A stretch of DNA of 52,469 nucleotides from IMG/VR virus record IMGVR_UViG_3300030331_002818, positions 1 to 52,469 of that record. One strand, written 5' to 3'. The position numbers and the translations under genes are program-made. The notes below the pieces were generated by a model. It had not been told where the DNA came from. It worked only from the letters and a program-made list of their open reading frames with translations, and did not search any database. Position 1 is the stretch's first letter. Each line of letters opens with the position of its first letter. Source of the DNA: a virus. Its lineage: Duplodnaviria; Caudoviricetes. Below, piece after piece: positions 10,546 through 21,151 of this stretch.

Positions 10546-13500
10546 ATGGCGACTACAATAGGCGCACCCACAGAGCAAGGTCTACGAGAGTATCAGCAAG
10601 GTGATATAACAAATCCTGCTGACCCAAGAATAAATGTACCTCCTGGAACTACTGCACCTATGGGTCCAGTCACTACAAGCACTGATATATTACCTAGCCG
10701 TGTAACTGGTAAACGTAAAGAAGGTGTTCCTGAAGATTACAGTGGTTTAGATTTAGGTTATGTTGGTGATTTTGTTCGTGGTGCAAATGACCTCATACTT
10801 GCGTTACCTGATGCGGCTATTAATGCTGTAGCAGAGGGTTTAGAAGCTGTAGGAATAGTAGAGCCTAATACAGTAGATAGGCGTTATTTAGCACGAATAT
10901 TTAACAGTTCTGATTTTGAAAGCCAGAAAGTTATTATTCCATATCTACTACATTATGGTACTGGGGAGTTTGCTGGACAAGCAGACCAAGAAGGAACAGT
11001 TTCAAAAGTAGTTAGAGGTGCTGGTCAAGCTGCTATTGCTTCACTGCCTTTTGTTGGTATGCAGATAAAAGCTGCTTCCGCGCCAATCATAGCAAGTTCA
11101 ACGGCTGCCCAAACACCGTCAACATCTACCGTCGCTCAAAGAGTTGTAGAGGGTATGGTAGCACCATTTAGGACAAGTCCTGGAGCTGCTGCTGCTGTAG
11201 AAACTGGTCTTGGCGCAGCTAGTGGAGCTGGATCAGTTGCTGAACAAGAAGTATTTGGAACAAGTGGTACAGTTGGTGCATTAGCACCTATCCTCCCTGC
11301 TGCCGCAGCTACCGCTTTAGGTAAAACTCCCGGAGTAAACCTAGCTAAAAAAGGTTTTAATTGGACTAAATCTAAATTTAAAGGTGCTGTTGATGATACT
11401 AAAGTATTAACTGGTAAAGTAAAACCAGGAGAAGGAGCAGAGGGAGAAGCTGCATTAGCTAAATTAGGAAGCGAAGTTCAAGAAGCAGCAGCTACACCAC
11501 AAGCACAAGTAAATCTACAAAGAGCGGCTGAAATAGAAGCTACATTAGCTGGTTATGCAGATGAGCCTATCGCACTCAGCCCAGCAGAAGCTACATTAGA
11601 TGCACCTTTACTAGCTACTCAAACTAGAATGGAAGGCACTGGTGATGCTGCTTTTACTCGTGCAAATAATCAACGTAAGACAAATGTATTAACTGCTGCT
11701 CAAAGATTTATAGATGGTGACCTCACAGCAAGTCCTGTAGATGATGCACCAATGTTTGTTTATAATCAAGCTGAAGGCACATATGCCATAACTGTTGGTA
11801 GAATTAATGCTGATAGTGATGAGTTAGCGGCTAATTGGCGTATGGTTACAGATGCCGATACAGGTGTTTATCCTAAATTAGGTAGCCGTTCTGATGTAGG
11901 GGCTAATATAAGACAAGCTATTGTAGATGCAGAACAAGCTGCAAAAGATGATGCTGCTGCATTAGCAACTAAACTTAAAATAAATGATGCTGATCCAATA
12001 GGAGATGCTAATGCTTTAGCATCAGCTCAAGCTGCTGTAAGAGATAGTCTTACAAGTAAAGCTGGTGAGGAAGCAATCAGTTATGGAGGATTACCAGCAG
12101 AAGTAAGAAGATTTATTGAAAAGAAATTTAAAGATAATAGGATGTCTTTCCAAGATTGGAAGTCTTTCCGTGATCAAGTAGGCAGTGCTATTGGTAAAGC
12201 AGTGACGCAAGGAAACAAAGCCGCTATTAGACCTCTTGCTATATTAAGCGATCAACTTGATAATATGGCTGCATCATATGGTAAAACAAATGAAGCATTT
12301 GATGACTTCCGTATTTATTATGATGCTAATGTTGTTACTCCTTTTCAACGGAGTGGTGTAACTAGAATTACTGCAAAGGGTCAAGGAAGCACAAAAGAAA
12401 GACCACAATATTATGTAGCAGATGAAAAAGTAGCAGATGCTTTTTTACAAGATACAAATACAGCTAAACAATTTATGAAATTATTTGCTGATAAACCAGC
12501 CGATATGCGAGCTATGAAAAATGTAGTTCTTGATAAATTACGTACTGTGGCTTTTAATCAAAACAAAGGCATATTTGAGCCAGATAAAGTAAATAAATAC
12601 ATAAATACTAATAGAGAAGTTCTTACTGAGCTTGGTATAATTGATGATCTATTAGATACAGAAACCATGTTACGTGAGATGGTAACACGTAATGCTGAGT
12701 TAGAGGTTCGTCGTAGAACTATTAATGGTAATTTACTTATGGGTTCTGTAGCGAGAGCAACAAAAAATCAAAGTCCTGACCAGCTCTTTACAGAGGCTTT
12801 GCGTAACCCAGCTAAAATGAGAGAGCTAAGACAAATAGCCTCACAAGCTACTGATGACCTTACAGAAGTAGAAGCTAGTCAGGCTTTCCGTGCTGCTATA
12901 ACTCAAAAAATGTTAGATAAAGCCCCTACAGCTTTAAGTGACCCTACTGCATTTAAACAATGGATGGTTAGAAATGAAGAAGTTTTAGATGCAGCTTTTG
13001 ATAAAAGTCATGTAGATAATTTATATTTAATGGCTGATGCTGCTGAACGTGTACTAATTACAGGAATTGGTAGAGGTAAAGGCGTAACTGATGAAGATAT
13101 AGTTACGCGATTTACAAGTGCTTTAGGTACAACCCCTGCTGGTATATCAAACCGTTTTATAGCTGTGCAAGAGGGACGTCTGGGTTCTAAAGCTATGATA
13201 GGTTACATACTCAGCCGAGCGATTAGGCAACAATCTGGTGTGCGTTCTGATGCACTTTTCCGCGAAGCTATGTTTGACCCTGATATTGCTAGGTTATTGA
13301 CTACAGAAGGTGGTGAGTCAGTTCCACCATTAGGTATAAGTGAGCCTAATAAACGTAGACTTAATGCCTATTTATTTAATATAGGTGTGGATTATGGTGA
13401 TGGTATAACAGGTGAGGGTGCAAAAGAAACACTTATACTTGAGCCTAATATTACTGATCAACCTATATTACAAACACCTCCACCCTCACCTGATCCAGCA

Positions 13501-13707
13501 CCACCACCAAAACCGTTCCCATTACCCCCTACTCCACGCATAACAATACGACCAGAGGGTTCAGCGTATTTACCAACTGATATTTCTGCGGCTACCCCCA
13601 CTCAAAAACCTCAAGTGGGTATTGAAACATTGTTCCCTAATGATGCTACTTCTATAGCGATTGCTAAACGTAGAGGTGCTGGTCAGGGAGCAATGAGAAC
13701 AGTTTAA
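10546..13707 (+). CDS. Large internal virion / ejection protein
   Basis: 1053 aa, Ala-rich, with a Pro-rich C-terminal linker ending LFPND. Last of the large structural ORFs. Confidence 0.55.
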   Translation: MATTIGAPTEQGLREYQQGDITNPADPRINVPPGTTAPMGPVTTSTDILPSRVTGKRKEGVPEDYSGLDLGYVGDFVRGANDLILALPDAAINAVAEGLEAVGIVEPNTVDRRYLARIFNSSDFESQKVIIPYLLHYGTGEFAGQADQEGTVSKVVRGAGQAAIASLPFVGMQIKAASAPIIASSTAAQTPSTSTVAQRVVEGMVAPFRTSPGAAAAVETGLGAASGAGSVAEQEVFGTSGTVGALAPILPAAAATALGKTPGVNLAKKGFNWTKSKFKGAVDDTKVLTGKVKPGEGAEGEAALAKLGSEVQEAAATPQAQVNLQRAAEIEATLAGYADEPIALSPAEATLDAPLLATQTRMEGTGDAAFTRANNQRKTNVLTAAQRFIDGDLTASPVDDAPMFVYNQAEGTYAITVGRINADSDELAANWRMVTDADTGVYPKLGSRSDVGANIRQAIVDAEQAAKDDAAALATKLKINDADPIGDANALASAQAAVRDSLTSKAGEEAISYGGLPAEVRRFIEKKFKDNRMSFQDWKSFRDQVGSAIGKAVTQGNKAAIRPLAILSDQLDNMAASYGKTNEAFDDFRIYYDANVVTPFQRSGVTRITAKGQGSTKERPQYYVADEKVADAFLQDTNTAKQFMKLFADKPADMRAMKNVVLDKLRTVAFNQNKGIFEPDKVNKYINTNREVLTELGIIDDLLDTETMLREMVTRNAELEVRRRTINGNLLMGSVARATKNQSPDQLFTEALRNPAKMRELRQIASQATDDLTEVEASQAFRAAITQKMLDKAPTALSDPTAFKQWMVRNEEVLDAAFDKSHVDNLYLMADAAERVLITGIGRGKGVTDEDIVTRFTSALGTTPAGISNRFIAVQEGRLGSKAMIGYILSRAIRQQSGVRSDALFREAMFDPDIARLLTTEGGESVPPLGISEPNKRRLNAYLFNIGVDYGDGITGEGAKETLILEPNITDQPILQTPPPSPDPAPPPKPFPLPPTPRITIRPEGSAYLPTDISAATPTQKPQVGIETLFPNDATSIAIAKRRGAGQGAMRTV

Positions 13708-14270
13708 TGGAACCTATATCTACAGCCCTAGCTGGTTTTGCACTTTTTAAAAGTGCCGTTGATGGTATTAAAAGTGCTATCGGCACGGCTAATGATGTAA
13801 GTGATATTGCTGGTTATATAGATAACCTTTTTGAAGGTGAGAAACAGGTACAGCAACAGCGTAATAAAAAATCAACTCAAACCGTTGGTGATCAGTTTGG
13901 TATAAAATCAGTAGCACAAGAAATTATAGATGCAAAACTTGCTAAAGAACAAATGCAAGAGATAGCGACTATGGTAGATATGCGTTTTGGTCATGGCACT
14001 TGGCGTAGTATTGTAGATGAAAGGGCTAAACGTATACGCGAAGCTAAAGAAGCTGCGGCATTAGCTCGTAGAGAGGCAGCTAGGAAACAAAAAGAGTTTC
14101 AAGAAAATATAAAACAAGCGATGATGGTAATAACAGTCATCCTTATAATGGTAGGGCTTTTTGTAATAATGATGATCTGGGTTGCAAAAGCATCTTTAAA
14201 TGATCCACTCTTTATATCCCTCAGCCAACACTCTACTACTGATATCAATTTTACTTCGCAAAGCCCTTAA
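13707..14270 (+). CDS. Coiled-coil protein with a C-terminal transmembrane helix, hypothetical
   Basis: Coupled start; charged helix followed by AMMVITVILIMVGLFVIMMIWV. Confidence 0.6.
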   Translation: MEPISTALAGFALFKSAVDGIKSAIGTANDVSDIAGYIDNLFEGEKQVQQQRNKKSTQTVGDQFGIKSVAQEIIDAKLAKEQMQEIATMVDMRFGHGTWRSIVDERAKRIREAKEAAALARREAARKQKEFQENIKQAMMVITVILIMVGLFVIMMIWVAKASLNDPLFISLSQHSTTDINFTSQSP

Positions 14271-15641
14271 TACTTTTTCATCTACAGTTTTTTCTGTAAC
14301 AATATCAATGTAAGTTACTTTATTTGTTTGACCTATACGGTGCGCTCTATCTTCACTTTGTAATCTAACTTCAAGATCATATCCATTACTGTAATATATA
14401 ACTGTTTTAGCCTCAGTAAGAGTCAATCCATAACCACCTGTTCTTGGTTGACCTACAAAAAACCGTAATTTACTATCAGGGTCTTGAAATTTTTCAACGA
14501 TGGGTTGACGTTCATCTGCTGGTGTATTACCATAAAATAAAGCCACAGATTCTTCACCATACTCTTTAGCAATAGCTTTTTGTATTATGTGAAGATCATG
14601 TGTGAAGTTACCCCAGATAATAACTTTCCCATCTGTTTCTTCAAGAACAGACATTAGTTCAGGTAACTTATTACTTGGAACTTCAACTATCCTACCATCT
14701 TCAAATTTAGCAAACCCAGAGCATACTTGTTGTAATCTGAGTATCTGTGTAAGCACAGTTGGGGCAGATATAAGCCCACCATCTTCACCTTCTATAATGG
14801 CAAGAGCCATACTTTTCATTTGCTGATACAGTTTCTTTTGCTCAGGAGTAAGTTCTACAGTCCTGCGTGTATATACTTTATCTGGTAAATCCAAACATTC
14901 CTCCTTACGCACCCTGTAACTAAAACCCTCTATCATACCATTTAATTCATCTAAATTTTGGTATCCAACAATCTGATTAAAACTATGCGCTCCCATCGTA
15001 CGACGAACCATTTTTGCATATCTGTTTTGGAATGTCCAAAAACTACCTTGACCAAGAGCGTAATGCTCTAAAAACTCACACTGAGTATACAAATCTAAAG
15101 GTGATTTAGTTACTGGTGAGCCTGTAAGTATCCTACGATATGGCGCATTTTTACCTATTCTTATTAGATTTTTAGTGCGCTGAGCAGTTCTGCTTTTTAT
15201 CGTGGTGCTTTCATCTACTGCAAGCATAGACCTATGTGTAAGTAAAAATTTATCTGCTGCTTCTAAACCACGTTTAGTACTAAGAGCTTCGACATTCATA
15301 AGAAATATTTGTAGATCTTCAGTAATTTGCCTGAGTGTATCTAATTCTTTTTGTTTCTTTTGTGTCTGCTCAGGTGACCACGAAACAATATTCATATTTA
15401 TATGCTCTGGCATATGGGTAGGTATTTCTTTACGCTCCCAGTTTCTATACACACCTTTTGGTGCAATAATTAAAGCACTGTCAAGCTCGCCTTTATCGTA
15501 CAACATAGCTATCGTATCGATTAGAACTTTAGATTTACCCGTACCCATATCCATAAATAGAGCGTAGTAGGGTTTATTCCACGATTTTGTTAAAGCCTCG
15601 AGCTGATGCTCGTATGGCTTATACTTAAACTTGTACCTCAT
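14196..15641 (-). CDS. SNF2-family (SF2) helicase
   Basis: Q-motif PYEHQ, Walker A MDMGTGKS, Walker B VDEST, motif III LTGSP, GYGLTL and motif VI QSEDRAHRIGQ. RBS TAGAAAGAGG on the minus strand. Confidence 0.92.
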   Translation of the reverse strand: MRYKFKYKPYEHQLEALTKSWNKPYYALFMDMGTGKSKVLIDTIAMLYDKGELDSALIIAPKGVYRNWERKEIPTHMPEHINMNIVSWSPEQTQKKQKELDTLRQITEDLQIFLMNVEALSTKRGLEAADKFLLTHRSMLAVDESTTIKSRTAQRTKNLIRIGKNAPYRRILTGSPVTKSPLDLYTQCEFLEHYALGQGSFWTFQNRYAKMVRRTMGAHSFNQIVGYQNLDELNGMIEGFSYRVRKEECLDLPDKVYTRRTVELTPEQKKLYQQMKSMALAIIEGEDGGLISAPTVLTQILRLQQVCSGFAKFEDGRIVEVPSNKLPELMSVLEETDGKVIIWGNFTHDLHIIQKAIAKEYGEESVALFYGNTPADERQPIVEKFQDPDSKLRFFVGQPRTGGYGLTLTEAKTVIYYSNGYDLEVRLQSEDRAHRIGQTNKVTYIDIVTEKTVDEKVLRALRSKIDISSRVLAEGYKEWII

Positions 15642-15713
15642 AACTTCCTCTTTCTACTGGAATATGTGTATTCTACTGTTTTTACATATTGAGTGCAAGT
15701 TTCATTTTATCGC

Positions 15714-15870
15714 TTTACTATATAGGTGCTAGATACGGATAGGAGTAAATTTATTTTTTAACATTTTCCGATATCACTAAAAAATATACACAACTTTTTC
15801 TGTCCGCGCGATAACTTTTGAAAACTTTTTTGTTTTGTTTCAATGTGTTTTACCCCCTATTATAAAAAGT
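15714..15870. repeat. Copy 1 of a dispersed non-coding element (candidate origin or regulatory site)
   Basis: Shares a 47-bp block (39/47 identical), GTCCGCGCG and CCTATTAT..AAAGT with 33565-33777. Confidence 0.7.
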
Positions 15871-15984
15871 TCGGATATAGCGGATATATTTAATTTTTGC
15901 CAGAGCAAACTTGACGCGCAAGTTTTGCCAATATATGTTAAACACTAATAATACAGTGTAACCATGTGGAGAAAGGCATGAATA

Positions 15985-16314
15985 ATGACAGTATATATAA
16001 CACAGGAGATGCGAGGTCGTGATATTACGGACGCCACAAGTTTCGGGGATATCGAAATATTACTTCCCGCAGGAGAGCAAGCCAGCTACTCTACACAACC
16101 TACTATTAGAAAATTGGGCAGAAAGCTCGGCAAGTTTACCGACGAAGATTATCTACTTCTTGCAGGAGATCCCGCTGCTATTGCTTTAGCTGCTGCTGTA
16201 GCTGCACGAGCAAATGGCGGTAGGTTTAAAATGTTGAAGTGGGATAGACAAGAAGGTAAATACTTTCCTTTAAAAGCAGACCTTAACTTTCGTCCAGGAG
16301 ATAGCGATGGTTGA
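15985..16314 (+). CDS. Conserved small phage protein, hypothetical
   Basis: AGAAAGG RBS; DYLLLAGDPAAIA and LKWDRQ..KY motifs; first gene of the replication operon. Confidence 0.65.
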   Translation: MTVYITQEMRGRDITDATSFGDIEILLPAGEQASYSTQPTIRKLGRKLGKFTDEDYLLLAGDPAAIALAAAVAARANGGRFKMLKWDRQEGKYFPLKADLNFRPGDSDG

Positions 16315-16858
16315 TTTTGAAAGTGCAGCCGCAAAGCTCACAACTTTAGATGAAGCTGGTGTTAGCCAAGTAAGTAAGTTAGCACAGATACAGTTAGATT
16401 TAGAGCAGCGTGTGGCTGATTTAGAAGGGGATCTTAAGCAAGCTAAGTTAGAACTTAAAAATATTGCAGAAGATCAGTTGCCAGCAGCAATGGCTGAGCA
16501 TGGAGTAGCAGAGTTTAAATTAGCTGATGGTTCAAGCATCAGTGTTTCTAAATTCTATAGTGCTAGTATACCTCAAGATAAAAAGGATGAAGCCTTTACT
16601 TGGCTAGTGCAGAACGACCACGGTGATTTAATTAAAAACCAAGTCGCCACTAATTTTGTGCGTGGTCAAGAAGAGCAAGCTGAAAAGTTTGCTACCGAGC
16701 TGGTAGAAAGAGGTATGGCTCCCAGCACAAAAAAATGGGTAGAACCCATGACTCTAAAGGCTTGGGTGAGAGAGTCCACCGAAAAAGGTTTAAATATACC
16801 GCATGATTTATTCGGTGTGTTTATTGGTGAAAAATCTAAAATTACGAGGAGTAAATAG
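16307..16858 (+). CDS. Conserved replication-module protein (N-terminal coiled coil), hypothetical
   Basis: GGAG RBS; AFTWL..N.HGDLIKN and V.PMTLKAWVRE motifs. Confidence 0.65.
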   Translation: MVDFESAAAKLTTLDEAGVSQVSKLAQIQLDLEQRVADLEGDLKQAKLELKNIAEDQLPAAMAEHGVAEFKLADGSSISVSKFYSASIPQDKKDEAFTWLVQNDHGDLIKNQVATNFVRGQEEQAEKFATELVERGMAPSTKKWVEPMTLKAWVRESTEKGLNIPHDLFGVFIGEKSKITRSK

Positions 16859-16860
16859 TC

Positions 16861-17661
16861 ATGAGTGATGGCAAGCAAGTAGCTGTGAAAAGCAGCAGTG
16901 ATGTCGCAGTAGCGGCACAGTTTGAAGAGTATGGCAGTGCGGGATTTAGTGAAGTAACTGCTGAAGATTTGTCCATACCTTTTATTAGGGTACTGGCACA
17001 GTTAAGTCCACAAGTAAATAAGCGTGATGGCGCATATGTGGAAGGTGCAGAGGCAGGTATGCTTTTTAATACTGTGCTTAATGAAGTGTATGATGGAGTA
17101 GAAGGCATTGAAGTTGTGCCATGCCATTATAATCGTAGGTTTGTAGAGTGGAAGCCACGCGAACAGGGTGGTGGATATGTAACATCATATGAGACTACTG
17201 ATCCTATTGTTAATACCACTACTAAAAACGATGTGGGGCAGGATGTATTACCTGATGGTAATTTACTGAGTAACACTGCTCAGTTTTTTGTACTGTTACT
17301 TCACCCTGAGCTTGGTCCGCAACGTGCTTTAATTACGATGTCTTCTACGCAATTAAAGAAGGCTAGGAAGTGGATGACGCAAGCACAATCTATGACCGCT
17401 CAAGGTAAAAATGGTATCTATACTTTACCTCTAATGTCACAGGTTTATAAGGTTGGCACAGTCCAAGAACAGAATGATAAAGGTACATGGTTCGGGTTTG
17501 ATATAACTCGCGTACGTGGGCTTGACCTTTCTTACGAAGATGATAAACAACTGTTCGCTACGGCTTTACAGTTTGCTGAATCTATTAAAGCTGGTGAAGT
17601 GCAGGTCAAAGAAGATAAATCTGCACAAATGCAAGATGATACTGGTGATAACATAATGTAG
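16861..17661 (+). CDS. Putative single-stranded DNA-binding / annealing protein
   Basis: DLSIPFIRVLAQLSPQV, FVEW.PRE.GGG, MSSTQLK..RKW and NDKGTWFG motifs, an acidic tail, and a position upstream of the primase. Confidence 0.6.
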   Translation: MSDGKQVAVKSSSDVAVAAQFEEYGSAGFSEVTAEDLSIPFIRVLAQLSPQVNKRDGAYVEGAEAGMLFNTVLNEVYDGVEGIEVVPCHYNRRFVEWKPREQGGGYVTSYETTDPIVNTTTKNDVGQDVLPDGNLLSNTAQFFVLLLHPELGPQRALITMSSTQLKKARKWMTQAQSMTAQGKNGIYTLPLMSQVYKVGTVQEQNDKGTWFGFDITRVRGLDLSYEDDKQLFATALQFAESIKAGEVQVKEDKSAQMQDDTGDNIM

Positions 17662-17753
17662 TTCAATGATGGGGGTTGATCGCCCCATCGTTGCGGAGCG
17701 GTGTACTTTCGCTTGCGAGTGTACACCGTTCCACCTTTTTGTTGGAGGATACC

Positions 17754-19277
17754 GTGTCACTTGCACAAAGATTTTATGATTTATTTAAAGGCAGCGATAT
17801 TGCTCACGGCACTTACATCGTAAAGAGTAGCCGTGGTAGCGATGGCAAAAAACAAGGTCAAGCTACTGTTTTACGTGAGCCAACCACTGTGGATATGTGG
17901 GAAGAACATTTAAAAGGTGGCACAGGGTTAGGTATTATACCTATCCGTAGTGATAACTTATGTCAATGGGGTGCTATAGATATAGACCAGTACGATGTTA
18001 GTCACAAAGATTTAGTGACTACCTTACGTAATAATAAAATACCAGCCGTTGTCGGCAGGACTAAATCAGGTGGAGCGCATGTCTGGGTATTTTTAACTGA
18101 GCCTATAGAAGCTGAAGATGTACAAAGGCGTATGACAGAGTTGAGTGCCGCCCTTGGTTACTCAGGCAGTGAAATATTCCCTAAACAAACAACTATATTA
18201 AAAGACCGTGGTGATACAGGTAATTTTTTAAATATGCCATATCACGGCGGCGATAATTCTACACGTTATGCTTTTAATGATGAGGGTGAGGCGTTAGGCA
18301 CAGAACAGTTTTTAGAATACGCACAATCGTTTATTCTTACTCCTAATAAATTTCTAAAACTAAATATGAGCTTTGGCACAAAAGATGGCATACTAGAAGA
18401 AGGTCCTCCGTGTCTACAGCATTTATGTAGTAAAGGATTTGGTGAAGGTTCGCGTAATAACGCTTTGTTTAATCTTGGTGTTTACGCTCGAATGTTTGAT
18501 GAGGAAAATTGGGAAGTATTAGTTCAGCGGTATAATATGGATTATTTACACCCTCCCCTTAGTCATAATGAGGTGGGTGTTGTAATACGGCAGTTAAAAA
18601 AGAAAGATTACTTTTATAAGTGTGATGATCAACCAATAAAACCTTTCTGCGATAAAGAAATATGTAAGGGCAGAAAGTATGGTGTCGGTCCGACAGGTGT
18701 GGGCAATGATATGTCCAGCCTTACAAAAATTGATGGTGACCCACCCATATGGATATTAGATGTAGATGGAGAAAGGTTAGAACTTTCCACTAATGGTTTA
18801 ACCAGTCAAGCACAGTTTCAAAAAGAATGTGTTTCACAAATAAATAAGTTCCCTGTAACTGTAAATCAAAGAGCATGGCAGACAAGAATCCAAATGCTTT
18901 TAGATAATTTAACTATTATTGAAGTGCCACCAGATGCCACAATTAAGGGAGAGTTTGAAGATTTATTACATGCCTTTTGTTGCGAGAGAGCCAAGGGGGA
19001 AGACCGCGAGGATATCTTGCAAGGCGTGGCTGTTTGGGTAGATGAAAGAGTTTACTTTCAGGTAAAAGATATTAAAAAGCACTTGTCCGTAAACGACTTT
19101 AACCATTACACTTCTAATAAGATTACACTCCGTTTACAGAACATAGAAGCAGAAAAAATGTTCTGGCGTGTAAGAGGAAAAGGTGTTCATGTTTGGTCGT
19201 TACCCCAAGAGTTTTTTCAAGGGGAGGATGTTAATATCCCGTTGCCAGACTTACCAGTAGCAGATGGGATTATTTAG
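17754..19277 (+). CDS. Archaeo-eukaryotic-type primase (AEP) with a PriCT-like domain
   Basis: AEP motifs GAIDID, TKSGGAH and EIFPKQ..GNFLNMPY; PPCL..L....GSRNNALF; Cys cluster. The GTG start at 17754 follows GGAGG and is preferred to the track start at 17676. Confidence 0.82.
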   Translation: MSLAQRFYDLFKGSDIAHGTYIVKSSRGSDGKKQGQATVLREPTTVDMWEEHLKGGTGLGIIPIRSDNLCQWGAIDIDQYDVSHKDLVTTLRNNKIPAVVGRTKSGGAHVWVFLTEPIEAEDVQRRMTELSAALGYSGSEIFPKQTTILKDRGDTGNFLNMPYHGGDNSTRYAFNDEGEALGTEQFLEYAQSFILTPNKFLKLNMSFGTKDGILEEGPPCLQHLCSKGFGEGSRNNALFNLGVYARMFDEENWEVLVQRYNMDYLHPPLSHNEVGVVIRQLKKKDYFYKCDDQPIKPFCDKEICKGRKYGVGPTGVGNDMSSLTKIDGDPPIWILDVDGERLELSTNGLTSQAQFQKECVSQINKFPVTVNQRAWQTRIQMLLDNLTIIEVPPDATIKGEFEDLLHAFCCERAKGEDREDILQGVAVWVDERVYFQVKDIKKHLSVNDFNHYTSNKITLRLQNIEAEKMFWRVRGKGVHVWSLPQEFFQGEDVNIPLPDLPVADGII

Positions 19278-20794
19278 TGCATATTGTACTCGGACCTCCA
19301 GGAACAGGTAAGACTACTAAATTACTCAACTTAGTTGAACAATATATGCAATCTGGAGTGCCACCAGACCGCATCGGTTATTTTGCCTTTACACGTAGGG
19401 CGGCTACAGAAGCCATAGATCGTGCTTGTGCAAAATTTAATTTAACGAAAAAAGAGTTACCTTATTTTAGAACATTGCACAGCTTGGCATTTTTAATGTC
19501 AGGTATGAAACACTCTCAAGTTATGACTGCTGAAAAATATCAAGAGGTAGCTGAGTGGTTAAAGATAGGTAAGTTTTTTGGTGGCTCTAATGTAGATCAA
19601 GGTCCGTATAAGGATTTTGGTTATGGTGATAAATTTTTAGAAATTATAAATATATCAAGGATTCTTCGTCAACCTTTACGCAGAGTTTACAATGAAAGTA
19701 TTGTTCCTTTAAAAACAGATTGGTCTAGAGTTGAGTATGTAGACAGAGGATTAAAGCATTGGAAAAATTCCTATGGATTACAAGATTATGCAGGGATGTT
19801 AGAAGTTTTTATAGAACAAGAATTATGCCCACGATTAGAAGTTGTTTTTATAGATGAGGCACAAGATTTATCTCCCATCCAATGGGAGATGGTAAAATTG
19901 TTAGAGCAAAATAGCCAGATATGCTATGTGGCTGGCGATGATGATCAAGCCATATTCCGTTACGCTGGCGCAGATGTAGATCACTTTGTAGGACTCCAAG
20001 GGGAAACTACCCTCTTGGATCAATCCTACCGCATCCCCTCCAGCCACCACGCACTTAGTAGCAAAGTCATTCAAAGTATCGTAGGAAGGCGGGATAAAAT
20101 CTTTGAACCCAAAAAGGGGGATGGGAATATACTCTGGCATAGGCACTCCGAAGAGGTAGATCTAAGCTCAGGTGATTGGTTACTATTAAGTCGCACCACA
20201 CGAGGCGCACAGCAAATAGAAGAAGAGGTGCGACGCAGAGGCCACCTGTACATCTATAATGGTTCAGCCAGTATAGATAGTAAAGTTTTAGAGGCAGTCC
20301 GCTATTGGGAACATCTGCGAGAAGGTAATCGTTTAAATTCAGAGCAAGTCAGGCTTGTGTATAAACATATGCTTTTGAACAGTCAGGTAGCTTACGGATA
20401 TAAAACTATGCCCGATGGCGATGATTCTAGTTTTTACAGTCTTGAAGATTTACAAAGAGATCATGGGCTGTTGCATAATCAACCTTGGGATATAGGGCTT
20501 GGCAAAATAAATGAACGTGATCGCACATATATAAAAGCCTGTTTGCGTAAAGGTGAGAGTTTAACGGATACTCCACGGTTACGTATATCTACTATACATT
20601 CTGCAAAAGGTGCTCAAGCTACAAATGTAATGCTTTTAACAGATACTATGCGTAGACCCTACAGTATGTGGAGGAAGATAAATAGTTATGTAGAAGATGA
20701 AGCAAGAGTATTTTATGTGGGCTTAACGAGAGCTACAGATAATTTACATTTGATTCATCCTATGTTTAGTCAAGGCTATGCTCTACCGAGGTGA
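19277..20794 (+). CDS. UvrD/Rep-like SF1 helicase
   Basis: GPPGTGKTT, RTLHSL, IDEAQD, AGDDDQAIF, QSYR, STIHSAKG and FYVGLTRA. Confidence 0.92.
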   Translation: MHIVLGPPGTGKTTKLLNLVEQYMQSGVPPDRIGYFAFTRRAATEAIDRACAKFNLTKKELPYFRTLHSLAFLMSGMKHSQVMTAEKYQEVAEWLKIGKFFGGSNVDQGPYKDFGYGDKFLEIINISRILRQPLRRVYNESIVPLKTDWSRVEYVDRGLKHWKNSYGLQDYAGMLEVFIEQELCPRLEVVFIDEAQDLSPIQWEMVKLLEQNSQICYVAGDDDQAIFRYAGADVDHFVGLQGETTLLDQSYRIPSSHHALSSKVIQSIVGRRDKIFEPKKGDGNILWHRHSEEVDLSSGDWLLLSRTTRGAQQIEEEVRRRGHLYIYNGSASIDSKVLEAVRYWEHLREGNRLNSEQVRLVYKHMLLNSQVAYGYKTMPDGDDSSFYSLEDLQRDHGLLHNQPWDIGLGKINERDRTYIKACLRKGESLTDTPRLRISTIHSAKGAQATNVMLLTDTMRRPYSMWRKINSYVEDEARVFYVGLTRATDNLHLIHPMFSQGYALPR

Positions 20795-20863
20795 TAACAA
20801 AAGAGTTATCAATACAAACCCAGTTGCTATTATGTTTTTACGGTAGCAACACACAGAAAGGAG
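20793..20863 (+). promoter_or_regulatory. Early-type promoter/leader module (GA-N8-GA-N4-TC box, GCTATTAT -10, AGAAAGGAG RBS)
   Basis: Palindromic box GATAACAAAAGAGTTATC at 20793-20810. The same architecture recurs at 29971, 34336, 34889, 35581 and 36587. Confidence 0.65.
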
Positions 20864-20869
20864 TTTGCC

Positions 20870-21130
20870 GTGGAACTACAGTATTTTAATAAAAAGTCGT
20901 TGATTAAGGCTAACAATGAGGCTATACGTAAAAAGCGCAACCGCGCAATACAGCCCTCAGTGTTAAAAACACTTGACGACAAAACTAAGTTTCCTGTCGT
21001 GTTCTCTATGACACATAATGACAGGGAAGTGAGGGTAAAACTTTTACTTAACCCTCAGACAGAGGCATGGCTGGATGTATCTTTTAAAACTTTTTGCAGC
21101 TTGCCTACAGTGACAATGCCAACAGCTTGA
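20870..21130 (+). CDS. Hypothetical protein
   Basis: Strong RBS AGAAAGGAG before a GTG start. Confidence 0.65.
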   Translation: MELQYFNKKSLIKANNEAIRKKRNRAIQPSVLKTLDDKTKFPVVFSMTHNDREVRVKLLLNPQTEAWLDVSFKTFCSLPTVTMPTA

Positions 21131-21151
21131 CTCATAGAAAGGAGCAATATT

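Noticed and set aside
17676-17753. N-terminal extension of the primase from TTG 17676
   Set aside because: A GGAGG RBS precedes GTG 17754, and the upstream segment looks like structured intergenic sequence.
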